A stretch of DNA of 64,000 nt from Flaccisagitta enflata (GCA_965153355.1 OZ231126.1:23808001-23872000); one strand, 5' to 3'; positions 1-13,988 are shown, counted from the stretch's first letter. Made by a program: numbers and translations. Notes: a model not told the origin generated them from the letters alone.

Positions 1-250
1 GAGCCTCACAGCTAGAATTTGGGCCTCAGGGCTAGATTTTGGGCCTCTGGGCTAGAATTTGGGCCTCAAGGCTAGATTTTGGGCCTCAAGGTTAGAATTT
101 GGATCTCTGGGGTGGAATATGGGCCTCACAGCCAGAATTTGAGCCTCAAGGCGGGGGGGGGGGGGACGGATGGAGGAGGAGGAGAAGAAGAAGAAATTTC
201 TCCATGTGTGAAAGCATAGGTCATCGGCCCCTTCGGGGCCGCTGCCCAAA
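1..250. mobile_element. End of a Helentron-like non-autonomous element (family D) carrying a ~21-bp minisatellite
   Basis: (gctagaatttgggcctcaag)n at 1-150, then ...ccccttcggggccgctgcccaaaa, a terminus related to copies at 14015, 31258 and 35554. Confidence 0.6.
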
Positions 251-251
251 A

Positions 252-920
252 AGGAGAAAGATGGCACACGCGATAAATATGGCAAAGACAATACAGATGG
301 CGTAGCATGTTGAGACAAGAGAAGATGGTGACTAGAAGCAAGATGGCAGAGACAATACAGTTAGCGTATCACGTTGAGACAAGACAAAATGGTAACAAGG
401 AGAAAGATGGCAGAGACAATACAGATGGCGTATTACTTTGAGACAAAAAAAGATTGGTAACTAGGAGATAGATGGCACACGCGATAAATATGGTAAAGAC
501 AATACAAATGGCGTAGTACGTTGAGACAGGACAAGATGGTTACTTTGAAGAAAGATGACAGAGACAATACAGTTGGTGTATTACTTTGAGACAAAAAAAG
601 AATGGTAACTAGGAGATAGATGGCACACGCGATAAATATGGCAAAGACAATACAGATGGCGTAGTACGTTGAGACAGGACAAGATGGTAACTTTGAAGAA
701 AGATGGCAGAGACAATACAGATAGCGTAATACGTTGAGACAAGACAAGACGGTAACTAGAAGAAAGATTGCAGAGACATTACAGATATGGTAATGCATTG
801 AGACAAACAAAATGGTAACTGGGAGAAAGATGGCACACGCGAGAAATGTGGCAAAGACAATACAGATGGCGTAGTGCGTTGAGACAAGACAAGATGGTAA
901 CTAGAAGAAAGATGGCACGT
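252..920. repeat. Tandem repeat, ~60-bp unit with a longer variant unit
   Basis: Recurring agatggcagagacaatacagatggcgtagtacgttgagacaagacaagatggtaact. Some units carry the insert ggcacacgcgataaatat. Confidence 0.85.
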
Positions 921-1039
921 ATTCTCAACTCTGTAATTGCGTCTGCGGCTGGAATTGGCAACGAGGGAAATGTCAAAGGAAAAACAAACAAAAACTCGAG
1001 GGGAAAGGGATAACAAGAAAAAGATGAGGAGATACGAGG

Positions 1040-1510
1040 AGAAGGAGAAGAAGAAGAAGAAGAAGAAGAAGAAGAAGAAGAAGAAGAAGAAGAAGAAGAA
1101 GAAGAAGAAGAAAAAGAACAACAACAACAACAAGAGGAAGAGGCGTGCTTATTATGGAGTAGCGTGTAGCGCCGCTACTTGGAATGATATGGGCGCCTCT
1201 CGGAATATCGAAGAAGAAGAAAAAGAAGAAGAAGAAGAAGAAGAAGAAGAAGAAGAAGAAGAAGAAGAAGAAGAAGAAGAAGAAGAAGAAGAAAAACAAA
1301 AAACAAAAACAAAAACAAAAACAAAGAAGAAGAAGAAGAAGAAGAAGAAGAAGAAGAAGAAGAAGAAGAAGAAGAAGAAGAAGAAGAAGAAGAAGAAGAA
1401 GAAGAAGAAGAAGAAGAAGAAGAAGAAGAAGAAGAAGAAGAAGAAGAAGAAGAAGAAGAAGAAGAAGAAGAAGAAGAAGAAGAAGAAGAAGAAGAAAAAG
1501 AAAAAGAAAA
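1040..1510. repeat. (AAG)n microsatellite cluster
   Basis: Direct observation; explains the poly-K/E/R/F/S ORFs here. Confidence 0.95.
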
Positions 1511-2755
1511 TGAAGGAGAACAGGATGAGGAAGAGGAGGAAGAAGACAATAAGGAGATGAAATCATTTAAAGTCGCCGATATCCTTGCCCAGGGCAAACA
1601 AGTTTGCAGCTTAGAATGCCGAGTTATTCAATGTAAAAACCATTTCTAAGTACAAACTTGAAACTAATTAATTGTTTACTTCCAAGTTTTAGAAGTCGTC
1701 AAAATTTTGTATGGGGGCTTCTGTCATGTTGAAGAAAGAGAGAGAGAGAGAAAAGGATGAAGCTGAATTAGACATGAGTTTCCAGAAATTTCCCGCTTTC
1801 TTTTTCCCATTTTTAGTTGCGGAGTGCGGACACTCAACTCTGTAAGAGGCTTTGTCTGTCCGTTGGTCCGTCAGTCCGTCCGTCTGTCCGTCCGTCCGTC
1901 CGTGATGATTGCATTTTTGATGCCGTAGTTGTGATTGTTTGTGTGTGTGAGTATGTTAAGGGTGGCAGAAGGTGTGGATGGGGGTTACACGCCCCAGCCC
2001 ACCCGTCCGCAACGATACTGTGACCTCTCGTCACTTTTTTTCTTTCTATGGTTTGACTCAAAATTTTTTTCAGCCGAAGTTTTTGAATTCTTTGGAAAGT
2101 AGTTGAAAACATCCTATGGAGGGGCGCCTCGGAGCACGCTAATGAACGAGTCATGCCGCTTTCTTCAGCATGCTGGTTCTAGTCACGCCAAGTAGAAAAT
2201 GAATACACAATACATTATTTTGATCCCATGAAGAAACTCTACATTCATTGGAGGTTTGTCCAATTGTCTGCAAAGTATCACTACTTGTATACCCCTCCTT
2301 TTTGCTTGCAACATTGTATCATCGTAGATACGTATATTGTATTATTGTTTCCCTTAAAATGAACAGCGAGGTAACTAATGAGATTCTAACCAAATTGACA
2401 CAGAAGCAGTAACAAACGATGAGAAATTATTCAAATGCTTTTATACAAACAAGAATAAGGGCGAAAGAAACCAAATGATGACGTACGAAAAAGAGGGTTC
2501 AGAATATTGCAAGTCAAATAAAAAATTCCATTTCCTCCTTTTTTTTTTCTCGACTTCCTCTTTCTGCCTTCGACTTCCCTTCGTGAATTTCTGAAGGTCG
2601 TTGAATTTTTCATCATCTCTCACATTTCTGGCTCTATGACAGTTTGTCTATCGGTTTGTCTGTTTGTCTGTCTCTCTGTCTGTCTGGGTCTCTCTCTCTC
2701 CTCTCTTTCTCTCTTTTTCTTTTTCTTTTTCTTTTTTTGTCTTTGTCTTTGTCTT

Positions 2756-2917
<162 letters not shown>

Positions 2918-4499
2918 AAGAGAGGCATACAGCCAGACAGAGAGACAGAGAGAAAGTAAGAATTGGAGAAGAAGGCATCGCGATCTCGGCAAAAATGATG
3001 GAGTTCCCATTTAGGTGAAGGCCTTTCCCGATGATGATGATCCCGTCTGCTTAACGACCTCGAAAATCAATTCACTCATCTTTTCTTCTTTTCCTTTTAT
3101 GTTCAAGTCAATTTGATTTATTCTATGACCGGTCGTTATCTTCAATTGACAATCTCAAACTCACACACAAGCTCATACAAATTTAAAGGTTTAGAAATGA
3201 AGAATTCTTCCGCCGCCGAAATTCAATCATCGTCAACGACTCAAAAAGCCGTCGGTCGGTCTTTCTGTCGTCCCTTCTGTCGGTCTATCTGTCAGTCACA
3301 GTATGTCTTTCCAGTGTTTGCGGGAGGTTTTAGCGTCACTACCCCTGCCCAAAAAATTGATTGACTTTTTCATCCATATCCCTGTCCACTTCCACGCAAC
3401 TTTGATAGCCGTGTATCCGCCATCCGGCCTTGATGCTTCTCTTTTCGTTTTTTTTTCTTTTTGTATTTATTTTTCTTACCTTCTTTTGTCTTACTTTGTC
3501 TTTTCTCTTCTTTACTTCTCTTCTTTCTTACCCTTTTCTTATATTTTCCATTCTTCGTGTTTCTTCTCTTTTCTCTCGTATTCGTATTCTCATCTATCCA
3601 TTTCCCCCCATTCCCCCTCTTGTTTCCCCCTCTTCTTTCCCCCTCTTCTTCCCCCCCCCCCTTAATTTCTAAATCCGCGAGCTTCTCTCTCCGAAAATGG
3701 TTTCCATTAAAATTTCAAAATTGAAATGACTCTTTCCCTTCCACCCTCACACCCGTTTTAACGTCCCCCCCTAATTTCTGAGCAAGTGCTCCCGGCCAAG
3801 AAACATGCTGCCTCATTACAAGTTTCCTTCGATGTCTCAAAGCAGACTCAATCATCGGCGCATGGGCAGGGGCAGCGGTGGTGAAGTGAGAATCGCGCGT
3901 ACGCAGCAAGAAATGTCGTGTGGAGATTGACGACCAACGTCCATGCCGAAGAACAGTCGAGGGAACCGACCGATGTACAATCCGCCCTGACTGACTGACG
4001 ATACTGTCTGATAGTGAACCGTGCATTTGTTTTAAGCGTAAATGTTGTTTTAGATGTATCATCACATCTCTGTCTGTTCTTCTGTCCGTCTATTTGCCTG
4101 TCCGTCTGTCCGTATCTCTGTGCGTCTCCTCGAAAATTGCTTGATCGGGCTTGTTACAATTCGAATCGCAAATAGAAAAATGCCAATGGGCACGCCGCAC
4201 TCATTCATGCCTATTTTACGTGTCTGTTTGACTATGGTTCTTCTCTGATTTGGATGATAAAAAAAAAAAGACAAAAAAATGACAGCACAATAGAAAGAAA
4301 AAGTTAATAGGAAAGATATAAAATGTTATACACTTAAAGTATGTAAACTGTAAAGCAGTTCCAATGGATCAGTAAGAGAATCTTATTCAAGATTTTATTT
4401 CTGGTTCGATTCCTTTTTTGCCATTCTCCCCATGAAAGAATCATGCCTAGATGACATTTTGCGTAAATCGTGTGTCCCCGCTTTCTCGTTCACTCACAA

Positions 4500-4570
<71 letters not shown>

Positions 4571-4679
4571 CAAGGAGGGGCGCCGTCCTTCGCCCCGTCA
4601 AATGAATGCCATCTTTCGGTCCATAATCGTAAAACCCATTCCCTTAGAAACGGGTTCGAGTAGTTGGCGGCTCCGATTC

Positions 4680-5430
4680 AGACGCAGACATGGATGCCGA
4701 CACGGATGCTGAAGCGGATGCCGACGCGGATGCCGACGCGGATGCCAACGCGGATGCCAACGCGGATGCCTACGTGGATGCTGATGCGGATTCCGACGCG
4801 GATTCCAACGCGGATGCCTACGTGGATGTCGACGTGGATGCCGACGTGGATTCTAACGCAGATGCGGACGCAGATGCGGATGCAGATGCGGACGCAGACG
4901 CCAATGTGGATGCCAACATGGATGCCGACGTGGATGTTGACGCGTATTCCAATGCGGATGTCGATGCAGATGCCCATGTAGATACCAATAAAGATGCAAA
5001 TATAGATACTGCGACAGATGTTGACATGGATGCTGATGGAAATGCCAACATTGATGCCTATGTGGATGACGATGTCAATACCGTGACAGATGACGCCATG
5101 GTTACCGACAGAGATTTCAACGCAGATGCCAACACGGATGCCTATCCAGATGCCGACGGAGATACCCACGCAGAGGCCAATATGTATGGCAAAGATTATA
5201 CCAACATTGATGCTGATGAAGATGCTAATATAGATGTCAATGGAGTTGCCAAGGCATATGTCTACAATTATGTCAATGTTGATGCTGACGAAGAGGCCGA
5301 TATGGATGCCAAAAGATATGCAGGTAGATGCGGACGTGTTTGATGCCCCGGATGCCGACGTAAACGCTGTTACAGATGCTGGCACGATTGCGGATACGAA
5401 AGCCAAAGAATATGTCAACATTGATGCCGA
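4680..5430. repeat. Degenerate 6/12-bp GAYGCC-type tandem repeat (translates as Asp-X repeats)
   Basis: (gatgccgacgcg)n, increasingly diverged 3'-ward. A related tract lies at 29020-29210. Confidence 0.75.
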
Positions 5431-6644
5431 AGCTGTTGTCTGTAGTCTAGATGTTTAAATGTTTGTCTGGCGCGTTCCTCTAACCCTGGCACTTGCAAAT
5501 TGGTTTGAAGTCTTTCTCACAACTAAACCTTGTTTTTAGTCGCTTGTTAAGCGATTTTATAAGAGGATGTGCATACGTGTCTGTAGGTCGGTCGGTCCAT
5601 CTGCTGTGATCAAAATTTTTGGATGACGCAAAATCGGCCGAAATAGGGATTTCTGAACATAGCTCTCCCTGCCAACTAACATTACAAATTTACAGTCCCT
5701 GCCCGACCTTAATACCGTTCTTGCCAAATCGCTTACAGTTTAGCTTCACAAACATGCTTCACAGTCATGCAAAGAGACTGGGTAAAATTTTGCCAAATTG
5801 GGAAGCTGCTTGGTTGCCAACATAAAAATAACTACAAAATCTCCCATGGGACTTCAAGCTGTATGCCTTTAGAGTGGGTGCGCTGCAATGGTGATCCGGT
5901 GTACTTTTTTTACCATGATATCAAAAACGGGTCTCATTACCAATACCATTGGTCCACCGGAAATTTTGCTCAGCGATTTACATGATCTATCGATCCAGAT
6001 TGCGTTGCGGCGCGATGGGAGTATCGGCCACTGTATTTGACCGTCGCTCAAAACCAGTGAACGAAAATTTATCAAGCCGCGTAACGTTGAATGGTGACTT
6101 TTTAGTGTGATCTATTCAAAATTAAAGCGGTCGCACATGATATCCTTCGCAATTGGAAATTGTTAGTGTACAGTATTTTTTATTCATTGTAACAACAACG
6201 ATAAAAAAAAAATCGTATTTCTACTCAATACTCATTCGCATATTACGGAAGCTCTCATCAAATTCGTACTAATTTATTCGGGCCGCTACAACTTGGATAC
6301 GAACGAAAGTGAGACCCCAGTCTATTATGCAAATTGACACATGGATAAAAAATAAAACGGACGGACCGACATACCGACACAGCAATAGAAATTTAGCCGC
6401 GTGTTCGCGACAAAAAAGATTGAGAAAAAGAAATGAGAGAAGTAAAAAAAGAGGAAGAAGGCGTGAAAAGAAAAGATTGGTTTGAGGAGGAAAAGAGGGT
6501 ATCGGGAATTTCGTGAGGACATTTTGTGAATGCGCTGCCATATTCTTAGCTTGATGCAGTCCCATCAACTGCAATGGGAAAAGGGGAAAGGGGTCGCCCA
6601 AAAAAAAACTCTTAAGAGTATGGGTCCGCGACTGGAGTCTAACG

Positions 6645-7040
6645 ACGTTGTCAGACGGCGTTGTCAGACGGCGTTGTCAAACGGCGTAGTCAAACGGTGT
6701 TGTCAAATGGCGTTGTCAAACAGCGTTGTCAAACGGCGTTGTCAAACGGCGTTGTCAAACGGCGTTGTCAAATGGCGTTGTCAAATGGCGTTGTCAAATG
6801 GCGTTGTCAATTGGCGTTGTCAAACGGCGTTGTTAAATGGCATTGTCAAACGGCGTTGTCAAATGGCGTTGTCAAATGGCGTTGTCAGACGGCGTTGTCA
6901 AACGGCGTTGTCAAAAGGCGTTGTCAAAAGGCGTTGTCAAACGGTGTTGTCAAACGGCGTTGTCAAACGGCGTTGTCAAACGCCATCGTCAAACGGCATC
7001 GTCAAACGGCATTGTAAAACGGCATAGTCAAACGGCATTG
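6645..7040. repeat. 13-bp minisatellite (ttgtcaaacggcg)n
   Basis: About 30 tandem units seen directly. Confidence 0.95.
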
Positions 7041-7044
7041 ACAG

Positions 7045-7701
7045 TCTACAAAGTTTCAACCAAATCAGTTGAAAAATACCAAAGTTTTGCAAATTTTTCA
7101 CTTTTAGATAGTAGGCTGGTTAGGTGGTAGCCTACCACTGGTAGGTCAATTTGGCCATTTAGCATGTTAAAAGCTTTATCAATCACAAACATTTGTTGAA
7201 TCCTCCCATCCATACCAAGTTTCAACCAAATTGGTTGAAAAATGCCTAAGTTATGCACATTTTCCACTTTCAAGCCAGTAGGCTGGGTGGGTGGTAGGCT
7301 GGTTAGCATGCTGAAATCTCTTTAAATTGCAAACATATATGTTAAGTCCTTCCGTTTAGAGACTGCCGAAGTTATGCACGTTTTTCACTCTTAGGCTGGA
7401 AGGCTGGTTGGTTGGTAGGCCGGTTTGGCCGGTTAGCATGCTAAAATCTTTACTAATCAAATGCATATGTTGAGTCCTTCCATTTTGAGACTTCGTATCA
7501 AGTCTCAACCAAATTGATTGAAAAATGCCAAAGTTATGCACGTTTTTCACTTTTAGGCTAGTAGGCTGGTTGGGCCAGTTGGGATGGTCCGATATTTACA
7601 TACGCATAGGCTGCAAAGCGGCTTACCCTAGTACAACTTCCCTCCAAATATGAAGCAAATCGGTCCAGGTGTTTAAAAGTTAGCCCATTTTTAAAAGTGT
7701 G

Positions 7702-7773
<72 letters not shown>

Positions 7774-7775
7774 GA
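7045..7775. repeat. Interspersed repeat with ~150-bp internal tandem units ending in a (GACAAC)n tract
   Basis: aagtttcaaccaaat...gaaaa...tttcacttt...ggctggtt recurs near 7050, 7217, 7366 and 7500. Confidence 0.6.
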
Positions 7776-7930
7776 CACCCACCCGCCCGCCTCGAATTAT
7801 AGTCCGCGTCGGAATGGTACTCGTTGTTGTTGTTGTGGTACTCGTCGCGAGCAAAAACGAAGACTGGCCTGAAAAGACACGACATGAAGAAAATGGGAGA
7901 AGAGCGTGTTCATAACGAAAGAGAGAGACA

Positions 7931-8162
<232 letters not shown>

Positions 8163-8558
8163 AAGAATGGTTCTGTCCGAATCAGGAGTTCACATTTTGA
8201 ATAGCAACGGCCACAACTTTCCCACAGCATGCTCTGTAACATATTCTCAGGTGTTTATAACAGTAAATACCAGGCCTGTATATAATTGAGTTTTCTTCCC
8301 TCTCACCGGTGGGGGGGGGGGGAATAAAAGGGTATAGAGATGGGGAAGGAAATCAAAGAGGGAAAAAAGAGAAAAAAAGAAAATTTAGAAAATATAAAAC
8401 TTTTGACAGCACCAAATCATTAAAACTGATAAGTAAAACATAATCTAACACAATCTAAACCTTTAGACCTTATTTCAAACCTGTTTTATTGCTTGATAGG
8501 GAAATAAAATCATAGATTTTACTGGTATATCGTCCCCAATTTTGGCCCTGGTAATTTA

Positions 8559-11499
8559 CAGTACTTTAACCCCGTTAATTAACACAATATAAGTACCAGA
8601 AAGTTAACTAAGGGAAACATTTTTTTTTTCTGAAAAATTTACTGAAAATAAAAGGAAAAAGTTGTTGTTAATTAATTGGTACCTATATGCTGGTAATTAA
8701 CATGCCTTTTTTGGTGTTAATTAACAGGCTGATTCCGAGTTTCGTCATGCGCGCGAGAAACCCTGACTCTCCGCCATTGTAGAAGTGTCATCGCTTCTTC
8801 TGCTGAATTGCATAAGGTCACAAAGGTTGGGTGACATACCTAACTATCTGGTGTGCCATACTAAACCAATATTTGCCACACCGACTGCCCCTATGGGGTC
8901 CAAAACAGGGGTAGAAGGGTCTATTAGGGCCTGTCCCGATTCTGTCCCTGCAAGCAAAACGCAAGTTTAACCAATCAAAAAATGTCAATGGGGGTAATCC
9001 AATAGCTTGTAAGCAATCACTATCAATCTATTGATATGTGTAGAAAGTTTGAATTCAATATTTCAGCTGTAAGATGACAAAAAATGAATTTGAATTATGA
9101 TACTCTTCCCCTTTATTTTTCTGTCATTTTTTTCTAAAAATGAGTTAGGTAGAAAGTTTTTTTCGTAGGCCTATCTTTACTCAAACATTAAGCATTTTTT
9201 CTTTTTCCATTGTATTAAGGAGTAGTTGTAGGACCTTTCCTCCAATTTTCAAGGATTTTTTCCATTCTAGTCAAAAGAAATAAGCATTTTCCTGGAGCGT
9301 TACAATTCAGAGGTGCTCCTTGTTGTAGCTGTCACACTTGTGTCACACTATGATTCATACTATGCCACGGCATAGTAACATAAGTGACGAAAAATTCATC
9401 TTCATGATGGGAAAGAAAATCAAATTTTGTACTTGCACCTAAAATTTCAACTCTTAACTCCAAATCGTTTGGTCACAGTGAAATTTCAAAGATGATCACT
9501 ACAAAAAAAAGAATTGAATTGTAAAAAAATTCAAAAAAAATTCAGAAACATGATCACACATGTTTGCTTGAACATTATCAATACAAATTTCACTGTCATA
9601 TTGATTTCGTGATTGTATTTAGCTAAATTTTCTAGTAATAAAACTGCCAACAATATCTATTTAAGCCTAATTTGCATGAAAAATGAGCTTACTTAAGAAA
9701 ATCCAAGTATGGATTCATATGTAAGAATAGGTGAGCTACATGATGACATATGGTTTTGTTCAATTTTCAAACATGTAAAATTGACAAATTTCATCCCGTC
9801 CACGGTCGGCTTAGCGTGACACTAGTCAACACAACATTTTTACCTGTTAATTAACACTAAAAAAATATGGATTTTTAACATCAAAATATAAAAAATGCAT
9901 CTTTTTTTGTGTTAATTGACGGTCATTTTTCCTTATTAATCAATGATCATTTTTCATCGGCAATTAACATGATATTTTCACCTGTTAATTAACACAAAAA
10001 TATATGGATTTTCAACACCAAAATGTTAAAAATGTATAATTTTTTTATATTAATTGATGGGTATTTTCTATTGTTAATAAACAGGTCTTTTGTAGTGCAA
10101 ATTAAGTTTTCCTGGAAATGAACACCAACTCTCCTGCAAGATTTTTTTGCCCAAAGAGTGTAGAAGTTGATTTTTTATGTAAACTACCCAGTTTTTTTTC
10201 TAGTTAATTAGAAGTGAATATGAACTATTAATTAACAACACTTTTGTGTGAATGATTAATTTTGTCTTTAAATTTTGAATATTTTTGCTGTTAATCAGCA
10301 ATGCTTATCTTTTAGAGGAAAATTATTGCTGTCAATTATTAGTTTTTCTGCTATTAATCAACAACAGTTTTTATGTTAAATCAACAGATGATTTTTTTGT
10401 TAATTAACACGTTTTTTTGTGTTAGATTTACAGATATCTTCCATGGTTTTCCAAGGTTGTTAATTAACAACAAAAAAAACATTATAAATCAACAATAGAA
10501 ATTTTTGTTAATTTAACATAAAAAAACTGCTGTTAATCAACAGCAAAAAATAATTGTTGAATAGCTGCAAAAAAAAACTTTGTCTTAATATAAAGCATTG
10601 TTAATGAATGGCAAAGAAACATTGTAAATTAACAATAAAAATTTTTGTTAATTCAGCGCAGAAACTGTTATTAATCATTGGCAAAAAAATTGTTGATTCA
10701 TACAAAAAAATTACTTCTGAGAAAACAAGGCCGGATACACGGCTACCCAAGTCGCGTGCGGGTGGGCAGGGGCCATATTTGAGGTCATTTGAGAACTTGG
10801 GCAGGAGCGGAATAGCCAAAAACCCCATATACGCCGAAAAAGTAAAGTGTGATGGACGGACCGACGGACAGACCAACGGACCGACGGACCGACAAAGAGG
10901 GGTGTAGAGTCGCGTAGCACGCGACTTAAAAATTGTTAATCAATAACAAAAAACTTGTATGTTAATAAAAAAATTTCTATTAATTTAACATAAAAAACTG
11001 TTGTTAATTAATAATAGAAAATATATATCAAATAACACAAAGAATTTTTAACATTCTAGTATAAAAATCTTTATTTCCTTGTGTCAATTAATAGGTGAAA
11101 ACATGTTAATTAACACAGAAAAACGCCAATTAATTAGCAGTATATAGGTACCCATCAATTAACAACAACCTTTTCTTTACTTTTTGTGCATTAAAATCTT
11201 GCAAACGAGTTGGTGATAATTTTCAGCAAATTTTGGTGTTAATTAACCCTTATAGGTTCCTGTTAATTAACAACAAAAAACTGCTCCATTTAATGATTTG
11301 ATTTTTATAACATGTTAAAAATGGGCAATTTTACCCTGTTAATCAACTGGCACCGTTAATTAACAGCTGTTTTTTGGGTATTAATTAACGGCATGAAAAG
11401 TATCGTTAATTAATTTTACTTTTTTGCCTCTTAATTAACAATTTTGTTAATTAGAGCTGTTAATGTGCCGTTAATTAACGCAGGGTAAATCGCTCACTA
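8559..11499. mobile_element. AT-rich foldback-type element built of TTAATTAAC subunits, TA-flanked
   Basis: Dozens of (g)ttaattaac motifs; imperfect inverted arms (8644-8705 vs 11125-11185). Confidence 0.5.
10722..10930 (-). mobile_element. Helentron-like non-autonomous element (HINE/DINE-1-like), family A
   Basis: Palindromic end tagtcgcgtgc(t)acgcgact, (GTCC/GTCG)n core, cccctgcccacccg motif and gccgtgtatccggccttgtt end, inserted in T-runs. Further copies at ~18030-18237, 27669-27888, 29884-30096, 30299-30487, 33557-33751, 48518-48728, 60497-60717 and 62371-62573. Confidence 0.75.
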
Positions 11500-12181
11500 T
11501 ATATCTCAGATTTTAAGACGCGATGTGACGCGTCATGGGGAAGAAAATCAAAGGTAGGGGGGGGAATCAAAAGCGACTCAATTTCATACACCCCTGATAA
11601 ATACACATCGTTGCAACTGGCAAACAAGCGTTCTTGCAGATTATGCTATGGTACGCTTGCAATATACAAAGAGTTGAAAATTTTGCAAATGATTACACTT
11701 TTAGGAATTGTCTCGTAGGAATTTTAAGAACTCGTGTATGACCTACAACCAAGCAGAATACCCTCCGCCGTAATTGACTCATGTCTCTCTATACAGTGCC
11801 GAAACAATGTCTTAACTTTTAGAAGTGTTCTTCTGTCATTCCTCGTCAATAGTTTCCGTTCTTAACTGCCATCTACCTGGCAGACGGGATGTCGAAAACT
11901 AAAACAAACAAAAGATCTTTGTTCGTGGCGAGTAGCGCGAAAGCGCGTATAGCGGGAACGCGGGAACAACGGAGACAGCGAGGGGAATCAAATATTAGCA
12001 TCGAATGAAAGACCAGACACTTAAAAACGAGTATTTTTGCATGTAGCCATTTTACAGTTCAAGGGCGAGCCGCTATGTACGCCCGGATTCCAAATCCTTA
12101 TTCAACCCCCCCCCCCTTCTGTCTTGTCTCTCGTACTTGCTCGTTTGATGGCTGTCACGTCTGTTGAGCGGGCGGGGCGTG

Positions 12182-12252
<71 letters not shown>

Positions 12253-12385
12253 CATCGTCGTCGTTAATCAAGAGATTCCCTCTTTAGTTATTTTAGATTG
12301 AAACTGCGCACAGCTACGCAGACGAAGTTACGGTTCCCTTGCTGAGGGATTAAGCGTTATGAGAAGCGTGATTTTTTTGCCTATA

Positions 12386-12994
12386 AGTCGGGGTGCAAAT
12401 AAAGGTGAAATTTAAGTTTCAGTCCCTTTTCATAACTATATTGATGGTTATTTTGTCATTTTTCAATGAAATTTGTAATTTTGTAGTTAGGTATTCTTCT
12501 ATTAATAAAAGAAACACTAGTATGATAAAGGCATTGCTTTGTTTTATTGTTGCAGACAAGAACGAATCACTGGAAATAATTGATTCCTTAAAAGTAAGAG
12601 AGCAAAAATTCAAAACCTGCGAAGGGAAAATTCTAAGACTTGAACAAATTCAACAATTTTGCATTTCTAAAAACATGGCCCTCATCTCATGTGTTCTTAG
12701 AATGAGGCTATGTTTTTGAAAATGCAAATTTTTTTATTCTAAGAGAGTCTTAGAATTTTCCCTAAGACAAGTCAAGTTGCAAAACTAAATCTTCTTTAGA
12801 TTTCCTTCTTTTTTCTCCCCTTTTTACTTGCTCAGCACTCTCTTTTCATCTACAAATGATTTTCTATGCAAAACTAAATACAATATCACATAACAATTAT
12901 ATTCTTTGATAAAAATAAATTAAATTAGTGAAATTTAGAATATTGAAAAAAATGTCCTGACTCTTCTAATTTGATCTTCGTTTGCACCTCGACA
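12386..12994. mobile_element. Tc1/mariner-like MITE (degenerate)
   Basis: TA-flanked imperfect TIR gtcggggtgcaaa / tttgcacctcgac. Confidence 0.45.
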
Positions 12995-13661
12995 TAAAAC
13001 ATTACTAATGCCATTCACTGTTGGTCTTCGTGTTTTACGTTCCGCATGGTCCATGTCGAAATATCTTAGGGCTGTCGCTGATTCTTTTAACTGCCGCCAG
13101 ATAGCAGCTTTGATCGGACCAAATGCGATGACAAAATAGCTACTAAGAGTTAATGGTAATTAATAGCAATTTATAGCTAATTTGGCGGAGTAAATGGCAC
13201 ATAGATTTTGTTGAGATACGTGTATTGAAAAATCATTAAAGACAATTTGTTACGCCATATTAACTTGCACTAGTGCGCATGATGAGTTTTAACCCTTTAA
13301 ATTGCAAGCATAGCTATGGCAAGTCAATTTGACATTTCATCGAAGCAGGTCTGTTTATCATATGGACGCGATTGAAAAATAACTGAGCAATGTTCATCCA
13401 AATGAGGGATAATTGAGTAACTAGTTAAGTCGTGAGGTAGGGGGGGGATAACACTAGAAATGGCGTCGCGTCACTAATTAGCTGAAAGAGACATAAGAAT
13501 GAGCCGGGGCGCAGCATGGAATTTTGAAAGAAATCGACCATTATTTTATATTTTTTTGAGAAATGCTAATTCGTGGTTATTGCAAAATGATAGTTCAAAA
13601 TGAAAGCTGATAAAGTACAAATTCGTATTCAAAAATGTAAAAAAAAGTCAAATAGATGGTC

Positions 13662-13831
13662 CTATCGCCCTTGCTCTTGAACGTATTCGTTGCACGGATC
13701 AATTAGAAGTAGGAGACATGCAGTCCAATCCCACTGAGAGGCCATTCTTCGACTCGTTTTATAATGGCTCTTCTTCTTCTTGAAAATGGTCTTCAATCTC
13801 GTCAAATCATGTGGGGCGGTCTTGGCTCTTT
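13662..13831 (-). CDS. Secreted prepropeptide A, terminal exon (ERAKTAPHDLTRLKTIFKKKKSHYKTSRRMASQWDWTACLLLLIDPCNEYVQEQGR*)
   Basis: Branch-like tactaat followed by tcatttatcag| acceptor, phase 1, matching exon 2. Contains RR, two Cys and a C-terminal GR-stop. Confidence 0.68.
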
Positions 13832-13889
13832 CTGATAAATGACAACATTTGGATGTATTAGTATGGAAGTTGTACCGTTGAGGTTGAGG

Positions 13890-13988
13890 TTCAATAGATG
13901 AATTAGACATGATAAATTTTCATGTGTTGAATTAGACATGATAAATTTTCATGTGTTGATCTCATCATGTCTAATTCATCTATTGAAC
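13890..13988. repeat. Small palindrome with an internal tandem duplication (in an intron of prepropeptide A)
   Basis: gttcaatagatgaattagacatgat ... atcatgtctaattcatctattgaac. Confidence 0.8.

Larger units (their letters stand above)
8271..11596. mobile_element. Non-autonomous hAT-like element, expanded by nested insertions
   Basis: CAGG...CCTG termini with imperfect TIR (caggcctgtatataattgagt / actcaatttcatacacccctg). 8-bp TSD gtaaatac/ataaatac. A short relative lies at 16196-16407. Confidence 0.7.

Noticed and set aside
252-920. CRISPR-like regular repeats
   Set aside because: No unique spacers, no cas genes, eukaryotic context; an ordinary tandem repeat.
937-1597. Poly-K/E/R/L/F/S ORFs, and similar HT/CV/ER/SL/N/T/Q ORFs throughout the window
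   Set aside because: These are translations of (AAG)n, (CA)n, (GA)n and (AAC)n microsatellites that lack stops by construction.
5990-6111. Minus-strand frame TKKSPFNVTRLD..RR, similar to AKTAPHDLTRL of precursor A
   Set aside because: Short match only, and no upstream signal-peptide exon was found.
6530-7130. Cys-containing repeat ORFs (VVKRRCQTALSNG)
   Set aside because: A 13-bp tandem unit open in all three frames; no start or splice context.
7816-7915. Short ORF MVLVVVVVVLVASKNEDWPEKTRHEENGRRACS resembling precursor A's HEDDGKR
   Set aside because: The hydrophobic stretch is a (GTT)n microsatellite; no splice or promoter support; probably chance.
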